From Psilocybe cubensis (lineage: Eukaryota), in assembly GCA_017499595.2 (NCBI GenBank), contig CM039010.1:1736001-1800000 (forward strand): a stretch of 64,000 nt of DNA, given 5' to 3'. The position numbers and the translations under genes are program-made. This document shows, one piece after another, positions 10,936-23,162 of this stretch. How positions within the stretch are numbered: the stretch's first letter is position 1; every line of letters begins with the position of its first letter. The notes below the pieces were generated by a model, which was given only the letters and a program-made list of their open reading frames with translations, searched no databases and was not told where the DNA came from.

Positions 10936-11969
10936 AAGTGCACCTACATGTTTATTTACTCGTTTTTTTTATACCCTGATCTGCATTTCAATGGCCCCCA
11001 TTCACACCCGCTTTGCCGCCCGCCCTGCATTCATTACATACTGTTATTGCATTTTCCCCGCATCTTTGTTTCCATCCCACTCTGGCCTCCCATCACATTT
11101 TGTGTTCCAAAAATTGCGCTATTGTTGATTGTTGATGTTGTTGTTTTTTTATACTATTTGTTTTCAATCATATTTTTTTTTCTTCTTTGCTTTTCCAGGG
11201 CTTTGGTCATTCTTTGACGTTTTGTGTAGTTGGAAACCCTTGGATTTGAGAGTCATCCCGAGTTTAAATGAATCCATTCGGATCCTGTCCCGCTGCTCTG
11301 GTTCGTTGACATATCCAGATTCAACACGTTTTTCTAGGTCGCGTGCAGAAAAAGAATAACATGGTTCTGGAAGAGATGCAGGCCTCAAGCCTTCTAGAGC
11401 CGCGACTCGGACTGGCACAAACCCGTGAAAAGTGAGTGTGTGACGCCATCGGTGCTTATCTTCGTCTGCCAAAGTAAACAAGCAGTGGAGAGTACATATT
11501 CAGACGTGTGAGACAAAATGGGAGGAGGTTCCAGAGTTTCACAAACACTGCACATGCCCACCACTCGCAAATCTCATCGCACTTCTTCTGATAAAAAGCC
11601 CGAAACTGAGAATCACAATTCGTGGTGGCGTTGGCTGAAATCCTTATGGACATCGCTGACGTCCGCCATTTGGTTTCGTGCTCCAACCATCCCACACGGT
11701 CCTTGGCGATCACAATATGGCTTCAGGCCAATTCCTCGAAGGTTCCTACAAAATCCTCTATTTTCTCGACAAAGTAATTGATTTTCCTATCAATCATCAG
11801 GAATTTACCATGAATTAATAATGGATGGCCTTGGTATGCCCTGAACTCTGAATCAGCAAGGCCAATCGCTCTCGTACGTGATTCGTCAGGTCGTAATTTC
11901 GGCTAAATTCACTAAAAAGAAGCTTTATTTTTTTTTTCCATTCTGCCATCTATCTAGGAACAAAAAATT

Positions 11970-12052
11970 CTGCCCCAGAGAGGGTCGAACTCTCGATCTC
12001 CCGATGCCGATGCTTAACAGTCGGACGCCTTAACCAACTTGGCCATGGGGCA
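11970..12052 (-). tRNA. tRNA-Asn(GTT) with a 9-nt intron (12006-12014)
   Basis: Minus strand reads TGCCCCA-TGGCCAAGTTGGTTAAGGC-G-TCCGA-CTGTTA[AGCATCGGC]A-TCGGG-AGATC-GAGAG-TTCGACC-CTCTC-TGGGGCA-G. It has a 7-bp acceptor stem, A and B boxes, a G discriminator and a downstream T6 Pol III terminator. Confidence 0.93.
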
Positions 12053-15000
12053 CATGTTCGTGAGTGGAAACGGGGCATCAGGATGGGGGGAAGCCATCAT
12101 GACCCACACCGCAGTATGTCAACGGAACCGTATCCTTCCCCCCAACGTAGTAACTGGTTAAGCTTATCCGTAGAAAGTTTTCATGTATTCTTAGCGACAG
12201 TGGATTAGCGCTGGGCGCTGTGTTCGGACGTAGAAATGCCCGAATGAAACAATTGAACGATTTCTTTCCGAATCCCGGCTGCGAAGAACCGCCTCTTGTA
12301 ACTATTGTCAACAAAAATCATTGATACTTCTGGTCAGCTGCTTCTGCGTGTGCTCGTTTTCATTATTCTGGCCAATTCTATAATTACCTATCTCCTTGAG
12401 CCGTCTTTTACAATGTGTTTTTTCTGATTCAAGGTATTTGTGCATTGACAGCAGTTATGTGATAGGATTGCTCCAAATTCCAAGGCTTTCGCTCGCTGAA
12501 TCCCGATGCAAATACGACTTTCCTGGCAATTTTCAGACGTGTCAGATAGATGATCTTGTTTTCGGACCACGCGCAGCCCACATAGAGTTCCAAGCATTGT
12601 GAGAGGAATTATTATCATCACCTCAGAGACAACTACCTGTGCTGTTGGCAACACCGCCGTCTCTATGTGAATCCCCCATCGCATAATGCTACCGCACACT
12701 CACCTCCGTCGACTTCATGATCTGCAGTGCGTTCTTTTTACCCACAGAACATTGAAGAATGGCTGGATGAAGGTGTGGGTTATCTGTTAACTCTTGGATA
12801 ATATAATTTTCCGTTGAGATAATTGCAGTGTGAATTCTGACCGTGTATACATCCGATGTCCACGACATAGAAGGCCTATCCATGGAGCAGGCGGCTTTCG
12901 ACCTACTTCCTCCTCATCTCGTACTAGTTCGCTTTAACATGAGAAAGCGGCATCCACACCAAAGTCCGTCAACGTTGGCCGAAGGAGTGAAGTCATACCT
13001 ATTGACTTTTAGGATCCGAAGACCGCAGGAGTTTTTGAGTTTGTTGGACTTTTCACTCAGCAAAGGCCTCAGGCTGTCCCGCAGAGGAGCTAAATTTAGC
13101 GCGTTCTTCTCAGTTCAATCTTCTTTCTTCCACGACTATAAGCGCTGTCGCTCTGTACGACTGAAGTTTCATGTCCAACCTCGCTCTGGTCGGACAGAAT
13201 GCAAATCGGGTTGGGTAGTATTTTCGATGCCCTTTCACTAGACAAGGCAGAAGAGAACGAACACTGATTTAGATCATTTCTGCGCATTTCCGCATTTGGG
13301 TATGTACCGATGTGTCCAAAGCTATTTTAAACTCAAGAGACGACATGAAAGAGTCTCATAATTTGGAATCTAACCCGAATTCAAGAATTGCAACGTCAGA
13401 AGTTTTTGTTTACATGTACCGTATGTCTGCCTACAATATATTTCGCTCATAGGACGAATTATAACTACACCCTTTCATGTTTTCTCCAGCCAAGTTGGCT
13501 CATTCGTGCGGCGCTCTCATGTTTGTCGGCTTAGCTGAACCCCAAATTGAAGCGTCGCATTGTCAAATTTAACTCACAGGTGCTCTTTGACATTGACTTT
13601 GCTACTATTTCTGTTTTTGATGTGTGGGCTTCGTGTCACTTCTCTAAATTCAATGCGACAAAAGCCACTGTTAAGGAAACGCAACGACGCCATTCGTTTA
13701 TACCCGATCAACTTGAGGCTTCCCCAGGTAGTGGTATACAGTGGAGGTCCCATATGTTGCGCTTTGTATTTTAAGAATTTCATTCATTTTTTATGGTCAG
13801 CTAACGTCGACATAGGTCACCTGGGCTTCACACTTCAACTGCCAGATGAATGTATCAATACTACTGGTGGCAAATCACCCCCGTACAGCGACACTACAGC
13901 GACGCCACACTACAGTATCAACCACAAGGTCGCGATCGGGTAACAACCGCACTGTCTGTGATCTAGTGGGCGCAGGTGAATTTTTAAATCTTGATGGAGT
14001 AGTCGAGTCTCCCTCCCGATCATTTCTTCACTTTTGTTATCGCTACGCGCAGGGACTCGTGCATGGAGCTGGAACATGCTCCAACCAGGGAAGCGCAGTC
14101 GATATTTTTAATCTGTTTTCAGCCTATTTGGACATTGAAACGCTAATCCAGAGTCTTTGTGTGCGATTCTGGGCTGACCAAGTGAGTGAAGAGATAAATT
14201 TCCTGGGAACAGGGTGAGACTATAAGGGGCTGTACTCTGTGGATTGCTACCCTGAATCGGTAGACAGAACGGCGAGGGCACGCTGGCTGCGCGAATAATA
14301 TTGATACGCCATGGCACATGGCGCTACTTGGTTACAGCACGCACACAGCGGCTATGCATAGAGTGGATGTTAAAGAAACTAGGTGCGGGCACTTGGCATT
14401 AAGCTAGGCAGCAGATAAACTGCTACTGACACTATTCTTTTGCTCGACAAGATGTCATTGTCCCCTTGACCCTGTAAGTTGCGAAAGAATTCTAGGCACG
14501 TAGCTCTTTATAATGACTTCTATATATAGTCTTGACAATCAACCATCATAAGAAGTTGATCTTATGAGGTCTGCTATCACTCCCAGGACCCATATAGACC
14601 ACGCTGCCGTCAGGAAGAATCAATCCGGCCCCGTGCCTTTTACCTTTTTAGGATTGTATATCCCGACATAAGGGCGGAATTCAGGGCCTTTGTTTGAATT
14701 TGTTGCCCTCGGAAATTTAACACCGAATGAAGTCCATAAACAGGCCTTTGTGAATGGAGCACGATTGTCAAGTCGGGGAGCAGTCTTTCCCCCCGTTCAC
14801 CTGGATTTACTAATAACAAGCGGTTATGGACCCGTATTTGAATGTTGTATAATTCACATGAAGATCACTCTACTTCTTGAATAGCCATGAGGGGACTATA
14901 TATACGTCGTGGTAAATCTCCAATCTTGGCGGAAGCGTATCACGTTCAGCGCATCCCTGAATGAACCCATCCTTCTAATCCGAAATATAAACTGGATAGA

Positions 15001-15461
15001 TGGAATGATGTCGAATTCACATTTCTGATGGCTTGGTACGTACTTACTGACTAACCCGGCGATTGATGCAAGTTCTCAACGAAACAGGGCAGCACTAAAC
15101 TCATTGCGGAGGCCACAATCGCGATGTGTATCAAACCTCTCGCATCTGATCAACAGTTGTCAATTGCACAGCAATCAGTACGAATCTAAGTTTTGGCGCC
15201 GGACAAAATGACGCAGAGGCTACGACAACATACGAACCTCTGACGTTAATACAGGAACTATCTTGGAGCACATTGACCCGACGGCTGTGGTAGCGTTAAC
15301 CCATATTAATTGATTAAATTAGAGATTTGGTATTTGTACAATACAATGAGATGAGAGCAGAGCAGATAGGACGGGTCTATGATAACGAACGTTGGTATAT
15401 GTGTGGTAGAGAACAGTTGTTGGTTATTATAGAAAGAGTGTGAGTATGGAAATGCGAAAGG

Positions 15462-17124
15462 TCATGATTGCAGTGTCATATTTTGCGTCTGCAATGGAGC
15501 GCCGTTCATTACATCGAAACCAGGTATCATCGCATGGTGAATTCGTTTCCGAGGAGGAAGCCCAGCCACGTCCTGAGGGCCGTACGGCCGGTCGGTTCGA
15601 TAGTCAGAGTAATCCTGGGCACCAACTGGTACATCGCAAGGATAAGCATTCTCTGTTACAGACGTTAACTCTTGTGACGAACTCTTATTGAAGATATATA
15701 TACCATGCATCTGAGGAGCGTGTTCCCAAGTTCGTGAATGCTTTCTCGACCGAACTTGGTCCTTGGAACGAAGCCATTTCAATTTATTGTCAACATTAGC
15801 AGAGCAAAAAACATACCTCCATGTGTGCCACAGATTCATTACTATACATGCCCTGCCCATCTATCGGCCATTCCATGGCTTTCTGTGGCACTCGAGCGTT
15901 CATGAAAGGATCTACCGGATTGCGGACCTCCTGATACTGAAAATAAACGACAGCCCAATGAAAATTTACAGCGACATACCTCCATTTGATATCGGGGCGG
16001 ACTGCGTCTATCATCCCCGTCTACTGATGATTTCCTCGATCTCGCATCTGGAGACAGAAAATGAGCGGATGCCGGGCCAGAGTACAGTGATTTTGGCGCA
16101 CCGAGCGGAACTTGATTTTGAGAAAGAAGAATGGCCACTGAACAGGTTTCATCAGCGGCGAGTACAGGTGTCGAAAAGTAGGTACTAACTTATGTCATCG
16201 CGACGCTTTTCAGCATTGCTTACAGCTTGTCGCGCTTGTCGTTCAATATCGAGGCATGATGTGTATCGCATAAATGCTTCTTGAGTGTCTTTCTGTGCTC
16301 TCATCAGAGACGCACGCGCTGCTTGAAGGGCTTGTTCTGAGTCACGTAAATCAAGGGCAAGGCATGGGGGGGAAGATGATCCTTACTTGATGAACTGGCC
16401 TCTGCAGCAAGACCTTCTGGAGTGCGAAAAGAGGGAGAGCCCGAGTTTCTTGAGTGTGTCATGTGTGCGGCTGAATCATGATCTGGAAGGGGAATATGAA
16501 ATTAGTGGCTTCACTCGTGGTCAGGGCCGTAGCAACTGTACCGTTAGGCTGCCTGCTCTGATCCATGAAGCTCTGCTCCGATGGCTCAGGTGTAAAAGAA
16601 TCTACGGAATGGTCTCGATGGACGTATGATGGCTCTCCGCCGGCCGAATTTCGAAGGCGGGGATTGTGCGGAATACCTGCCGCCTGTCGCTCGATAAATT
16701 TTCGAAGGAATGTCAATTCAATGTCGTCGGGCATCGTGTAAGGCGGTCCCTGAATGTCCCCCTTCTGCATGAGGAGCTCTAAATGCGACATGGTTTTGTC
16801 CTTCAACTGTTGCAGCCACTCATGTAGTTCCATATGATCTTGATCAGCTCGTGCGTCGTAGTCCTGGCGTCTGCGGGCTTTGCGCCAGTACGTTTTCGTC
16901 ATTTTGAGAGCGCGATTGACTTCGTTGTCCAGCGTCCGATACCAATCGCTGGCCTGGCGGTTGAGGCGCACGGCCAGCACGCCAGGCTGAACCCGTAACT
17001 GCAATACACATCTCCCTTCGCGATCGGCAGGCCCTAATACACCTTTCTGACCCTGGTTTCCTCGAGTAGCGCCCCGAGAAACATTGCCTAATTCAGGCCA
17101 TGGTAAGTCGTCTGGTGTAGACAT
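15462..17124 (-). CDS. Hypothetical protein, 7 exons, helical/coiled-coil segments
   Basis: ATG at 17124. Six canonical short introns join ORF pieces in frame (QPN|DHDS...SSS|KQALQAARASLMRAQKDT...|...QME|YQEVRN...HME|DQVRSR...MH|ENAYPC...MTLQS*). No family recognised. Confidence 0.75.
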
Positions 17125-17682
17125 GTCGAAATGAGAGACAGGGAGAGAAAAGAGAGACGCCAGAGAAACAGATGGGTAAGGTCAAAGAAAAAGAACAAAA
17201 ATCAAGACGGTCATTAAAAGGACCCACCCCATCTCCAGCTTGTATTCGGCATTTTAAGTCTGCAGTGTCTACTGGGTTTCGCGGAACCTTTACTCTGAAT
17301 CCTACAACCATCAGATCTAGGTCGCCCCGAAATTCTACGTAGATGACCCATGTCTGAAACACCCTAGTAACCTCGAATGTATCGACATCCCCAAAAAGAA
17401 CATAAACACAAAAAAAGTTCTCAGGTCAACTCCCTTCACATGCAAACTGAATCTCTGATCCCTGAATCCCGAGTTTGGATTCTAAGGACGCAGGTGTGTT
17501 ATTAATATGGAATGACATACGTTTATAGATCTCTCGGATCATCTTAGCGGACCGAGATTGCTACTCCTACGACAGATATATGCTATGTTTGTGACTACAC
17601 GCACGCGGAAGGAGGTTACAAGTCTCAAAACAGTATGTATACCGGGATCCCAATTAATCCGGAGTTGGAAGGCGCCCCATTT

Positions 17683-20001
17683 TCAGTCTGAATTCGTCTT
17701 GAAATTGACGCCTTGTGCTAGAGGTGCTTCGTCTGAGAAATTTACTACGCCGGGTCGCTCAGCTATCTGTCCCCGAACAAGGAAAGAACAAAACCTACTA
17801 GTGCAGGCGCTCCAGCGTACGTATTGCTTCCACGCATCTCCACCAGATTCTCTTCCCCTGCATTTTGAGTTTCTTTAGCAAAGTACGGGGGCGGCGGGAT
17901 GTTTGACTCACCATCCTGTGCTCTGTTGCAACAAAGATACGAAATTAGATGGGTCAACTACAGGTGGAGATCGCTGATGAGAAAGTCTACCTTATTTCCA
18001 CCGAAAGCTGCCCCGATCTCTGCGCCACTCGTACCGACATTTACCTTGCGTCAATCGACAAATTATAAGAAACAAAAACGAGGTGTGAAATGTGTATGCC
18101 TCACGTTTACGATCCCGGTGTCTGAACCCGCAGGGCCTATCCACTTGCCTAAATTTCGCACATCGCGTGTCCACAGACTGCTCGAAAGGCCCTAGCACAT
18201 TATATACATTAAAATCAAATAGAAGACAGAGATATTGGAACATTAAAAGTGAGTGGCTCACTTGAGGGACGGCGTTATTCCAGGTAATGGCTTGCTCCAA
18301 TTCATCAAATATCGCGACGTTAAGAATCGGAGCAAAGGTTTCCGTTTTCCAAATGTGATCGTCAGGTTCTGAAGATCTTGGGATTGCAATTGTAGGTTCG
18401 ACGAAATTTCCAGAGGTGTAAGGTACGTCTTTCAGCTTATTGCCGCCAATCAAAATTTCTGCCCCAGAGCTGCGGAGGTATCGAACAGTGTTGTCGTACA
18501 AATCGCACGCGGCTTGAGTATGAAGCGGACCGACGAGTGTGCCGTCAGCGAGTGGGTCTCCTGGTATAATAGATTTGTACAACTTTTGCAAACGTCCCAG
18601 AAATTCAGACGCAATATCTTTGTGGAGATAGAGTCGCCGTGTTGATGTGCACCGTTGTCCCGCTGTACCCACGGCGCCAAAGAACACAGCTGGGACGGCG
18701 AGAGAAAGGTCTGCATCAGGCATAATAATTGATGCTAAAGTAAAACATATACGTCAATATTACTATTCAGATCCAGGGAAAACGTTATTTGACAAACCGT
18801 TATTTCCGCCTAACTCTAAGATCACTTTACCAAATCGTGAGGCAACGACCTTTCCAACACTTCGGCCAACCTGTTCACTGCCCGTGAATGAAACTGCAAC
18901 GAATCTTGATTAGTCTGTGTACGAAATACAGGCCTGCGGTCTGTTTTACCGAGTTCCACGTCATGGCTTTCAACGATAGCCTTGCCGGCATCCTTTCCAC
19001 CTGTGACCAAGCTCGCTACTGCCCCAGGAATTCCATTTGCTTCAAGAACTTGTGAAACTATTTTCGTGACTGCTATCGCACACAAAGGCGTTGTCGGAGA
19101 CGGCTTCCATATGGTAGCATTCCCGGCCGCCAGCGATAAAGCAAGGTTCCTGAAAGCAGAGTAAGCAAGGGAAAAGAAACATATTCATTCTTCATACCAC
19201 CCATAGACAGCCACGGGAAAATTGAATGCTGATAATACCGCCACTACGCCTAGAGGGTTCGGGACTACGATGACATTGTGAGTAAAATATTGGTCAATGA
19301 AAAGGGAGTTACCTCAGACCTTCTAGTATACTGTGTCCTGGGCGCTCTGATGCCACAACTCGACCATTCATCATTCTCGACAGGCCTACGGCATAATCGC
19401 ACTAATGTCGAAAATAACTCGGGTTGAACCCTGCTTAACTCAGTAGAAGGAAGAATTAGGACTCACAATATCCACAAATTCTTGCACCTCTCCCACACCT
19501 TCAGTCCGGATTTTGCCCATTTCAAGAGAGACTAATGCGCCGAGGTCTTCCCGCTGAAGCGCATCTTTTAATGAACTGGACGTGACCGTCATAATAAATA
19601 GACGCTTGCCTTCGCCGCGAGCGCCTCTCTAATTTGTCTTAATATCTCTCCACGACGTGGTGCAGGAATGTCTAGTAGGTATAAAAGCGTAAATTGACAG
19701 CCCATCATGCGCTCAAGCGAAGTAAAAGACAGGTACTTCGAAAGTAAGTATACGCTTCGCGTGTTCGCGCAATGGCGTCATGAAGCTCGGCAGGGCTGCC
19801 AGATTTGACCCTAGCAAGCACTTCTCCAGTTGTAGGGCACACAGAGTTCATAATATCTCCAGAGCCTCGCCATTGACCGTCGTAGACACCGGATATCTCG
19901 CCTGTAGTGGGGATGCCGAGCGACGACAAGATATTTGAAGCTCTTGTCGACAAAAGGCGTGTCAGACGCCTTGTAAGCATCGGATTTCGCTTTAACAACA
20001 T
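17683..20001 (-). CDS. ALDH7: Aldehyde dehydrogenase family 7 (antiquitin / alpha-aminoadipic semialdehyde dehydrogenase-like), probably mitochondrial
   Basis: Motifs [56 protein letters not shown], catalytic [15 protein letters not shown] and [34 protein letters not shown]. The N-terminus is Arg-rich and resembles a presequence. Confidence 0.92.
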
Positions 20002-21312
20002 CTTGTTCTATCCCCCAGGCCGCTTATACGCTAAAGACACGTAGAGATGGTGGAGAAAGGGAACAAAGATATGAGCAGCAACAAGCATGAGTCTGTAACG
20101 TTAAAGAGGAGCTATGATCCGCTCTATCAGGTGGAAATAACATCACGTGTTCATGGCGCGTCGCATGGTCCGCCCCGCCGCGTCCAAGTACTCAAATTCA
20201 AGATTGATACGAAGTTCGGGCAGTAGTTTGCGGGAGGCAGGAGCAGCTAGAGCAGCTGCAACAGCAAGTGATTGGGAAGATAAGCGATAACTATAGATTC
20301 GCTCGGCTTGCTCGTAATTAATTTGTAACAAAGTTAATTGGAAGGCGCCCCACTCCGAGTGGGATCAGGACTACGCGAAAGCAACAATGCAGTGCATTGT
20401 TAGGCTCAGCGAATTTGCGTTGTATTGCAGTGTATTTTGGATGTTATAAGGTCTGTTGGAGATGCAGCAGATAGTCTCTAGTACCTGAGAAAGAGCTATC
20501 ATTAGAGGCCCCAGTATCAGCTCCAAGAGCTGGAAAATATGCGCACATAGTCAATATACAAGGACCTTCCTCACCAAGCACATAGTTAAAGTATAGAACC
20601 AAGAACTGCACCTTCATTTGCAAATCCAAATCCATCATGGGATCCCTTGGATTGTTGAGCACCTGAGTAAGAGGATCTCCAACAAAATGGAGAGACTGTC
20701 CGAGCTCGCCAGTTAATCCATCTGAAGCATTGCAGTAATAGAAACATGATGTGGGTGATATTGGAAAAGATACAGGTTAGTAGAACATTCCGGTACAAAC
20801 GGCGCATCGAGAAATGATCGTGTTAGGGCGAGTTCAGCAGGATGAAATCTAGTTTAACCGCTAAGGACAACGAAAGGAGAAAGAACGACTTGGGTGGTGA
20901 GTCACCTGGTGAGTGGGTCCGGCATATAGACTGTTATAACTTCCTATCTGTGTTATTCACAGTACACCACCATCATAGATTGCACCAAATTATGGGAGAG
21001 TTGGGACCTATTCTGGAGGATTACCATATACGTAGTAAGGTTGGGCGTTGATGAGAGAAAGAGCAGAGTTGAGAGCTAGAATGAACTGTGATGAGATACA
21101 CGTACAGCAAGGGAGAAGGTCGGTTGCACAGTTCCAGCACAGGCATAATTAAATGGCCTTCCGTCGAATGCAGGACCTGTGCAGATCGTCGCCTATACCC
21201 CTGGTATGTCGTCCCCGAGAAATATATTGATAGATCCTACAAGCTAGATATATGTAGCACTGATATATTGAGTTGCGTCGTTTCTGGTCGAACTTTTATG
21301 TGAAAAATGATT

Positions 21313-23162
21313 TTATAACTCATCAAAAAACGAGGGCTCAATCTCGACGGTATTTTTGCCCTTTTTCTTTTTGGCCATCACAGGTTCATTCTGCTGTTGT
21401 TTCCGTTTCCGTTTTGCAGGCAGAGGTGCTTCGGGTTCTGACTCTGAACTGTCTGCAGAGTTATCACCTTCGTCTTCGTCCACCTCACCCGACGCGGGCG
21501 CCAATACATCCGGCTGTTTCTGTGTTCCCTCTGCATTGTCTTCCTCACTGCCGCTGTCACTACCTTCATCGCTGTCATCCTCTGAAACTTCGACTCCCAA
21601 GGCTCCCTGATTAGTTTCGTCGCCCTCATTATCGCGGAAAAATCCAACAAGGTCTGTCATCCTCAACACCTCTTCATGGCCAACGCTTCCCACCCACCAC
21701 CTAGAATGATGTGCTTCTGTGCCTTCGTTTTCCCCTTCAACATTGTTGGACTTTATTCGCGTCTCACCGTGCGAAGAACTTTCCTCAGACTCAATCGTCA
21801 GCTGTCCCAGACCTCCACCTACTGAAATGCGTTCAATGGGCCATTCGCCGTGATCGGCTACGACACCGAGCAGTTTTGTGGGTAAAATTTGGACAGCTCG
21901 TACCATCCCATCGGATGAGCCTGTCAGGATGGTGCTGGTGGTATCAACCCCGGGGATATCTGGGGGGAGAGCACACAATGCATCGACCGACATTGGATGC
22001 CTGATGTCAGATGTAAGTCTTGATTCGTGCAACACTCTCGTCTGAGAGGTGACTCACCCTGGTATTCTGTCGACACAGTCGCCCCAACCACTGCTGCGAT
22101 TAAAGATAGACAATATTCCAAGCTGAGTTCCCACTACGAATTTTGATCCTCTGTGAATTCGAAGTCAGTCAGTGCTGTGACAGAAATGAAATCTCAGTTG
22201 AAGATAGCTCGTGAACAGTCGTTGTAAAATCCGCTAGGCTACATTAGTAGTAACAAATTCGCCTTAAAGCCCACAGAGGACCATTTTTTCATGGTCTGAC
22301 GATATCACTCCCCCCAAATTTTGTGATTAAAAATAGACAACAGGGAACACGCACCCTCTTATCGAGACTATCGACAAAAGCTCATCCTCCTGATCTTCTG
22401 ATTGGGCAATAGGTTCTGGCTTCTTAGACCTGATATCCATGACAGACAAGGTACCATCTCCACTGAAAGTCCGGCAAGGACATTGAGTACTTAAAACAAG
22501 CACACATCTGGTAAAACGCCGACCTTGTTGCGACTAGCTGCTTCTTGTCATGTATCCATAGGAAGTCGGTGATATAGTCAAAATGTTGTGTGTATGTTCG
22601 GACAGAGTCCCTCTGTCGTGGATCCCAGAGCTGAAGTGAGACAGGCGTATGAGTTGGATGAAATTTTCAACCATTCAACCGGGAGCATCCACCTTTACAG
22701 TGCCATCATCATCGCCTGTTGATAAAAGCCATGGCATGAGATGCTTGACGCGATTTATAGTTGAACTGAGTTATCCAAGGTGTCAGAACAAGTCTCCAGA
22801 GACCCGAGTAAGAGACCTCACTCATGTGCTCCTGGACGGGTGTCGACCGATTGCGTAAGAGTATCGATCGTGCTTCAGACAGAAGACAAAGATCAAAGGA
22901 TATGTAGGATAAGCTTATGCAATAGCACTCACAATAACGACTTGGCTTTCCCCACTGCATACAAATGCGACCCATCCTGATTTAATGACAACCCTCGACA
23001 GGAATGCTTTGTCGGCCGAACTGAAAATGTGGGTTTGTGATTGCCTTGTTCGTCATATGCCCACGCTTTGATATAGCCTGTTAAGAGGCCAGTGTAGACG
23101 GTCGAGAATGTAGGATGAAAGACGACATCAAAGATCTGCGCGCCCACTGGAATTTCCGGCAT
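21313..23162 (-). CDS. JIP5: WD40-repeat protein JIP5/WDR55 (ribosome biogenesis), 7 exons
   Basis: MPEIPVGAQIFDVVFHP, TGDDDGTVK|LWDPR, HFDYITDF, GDGTLSVMDIR, SEDQEDELLS and TGSSDGMVRAV motifs, then an acidic and basic tail ending SFFDEL. Confidence 0.85.
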
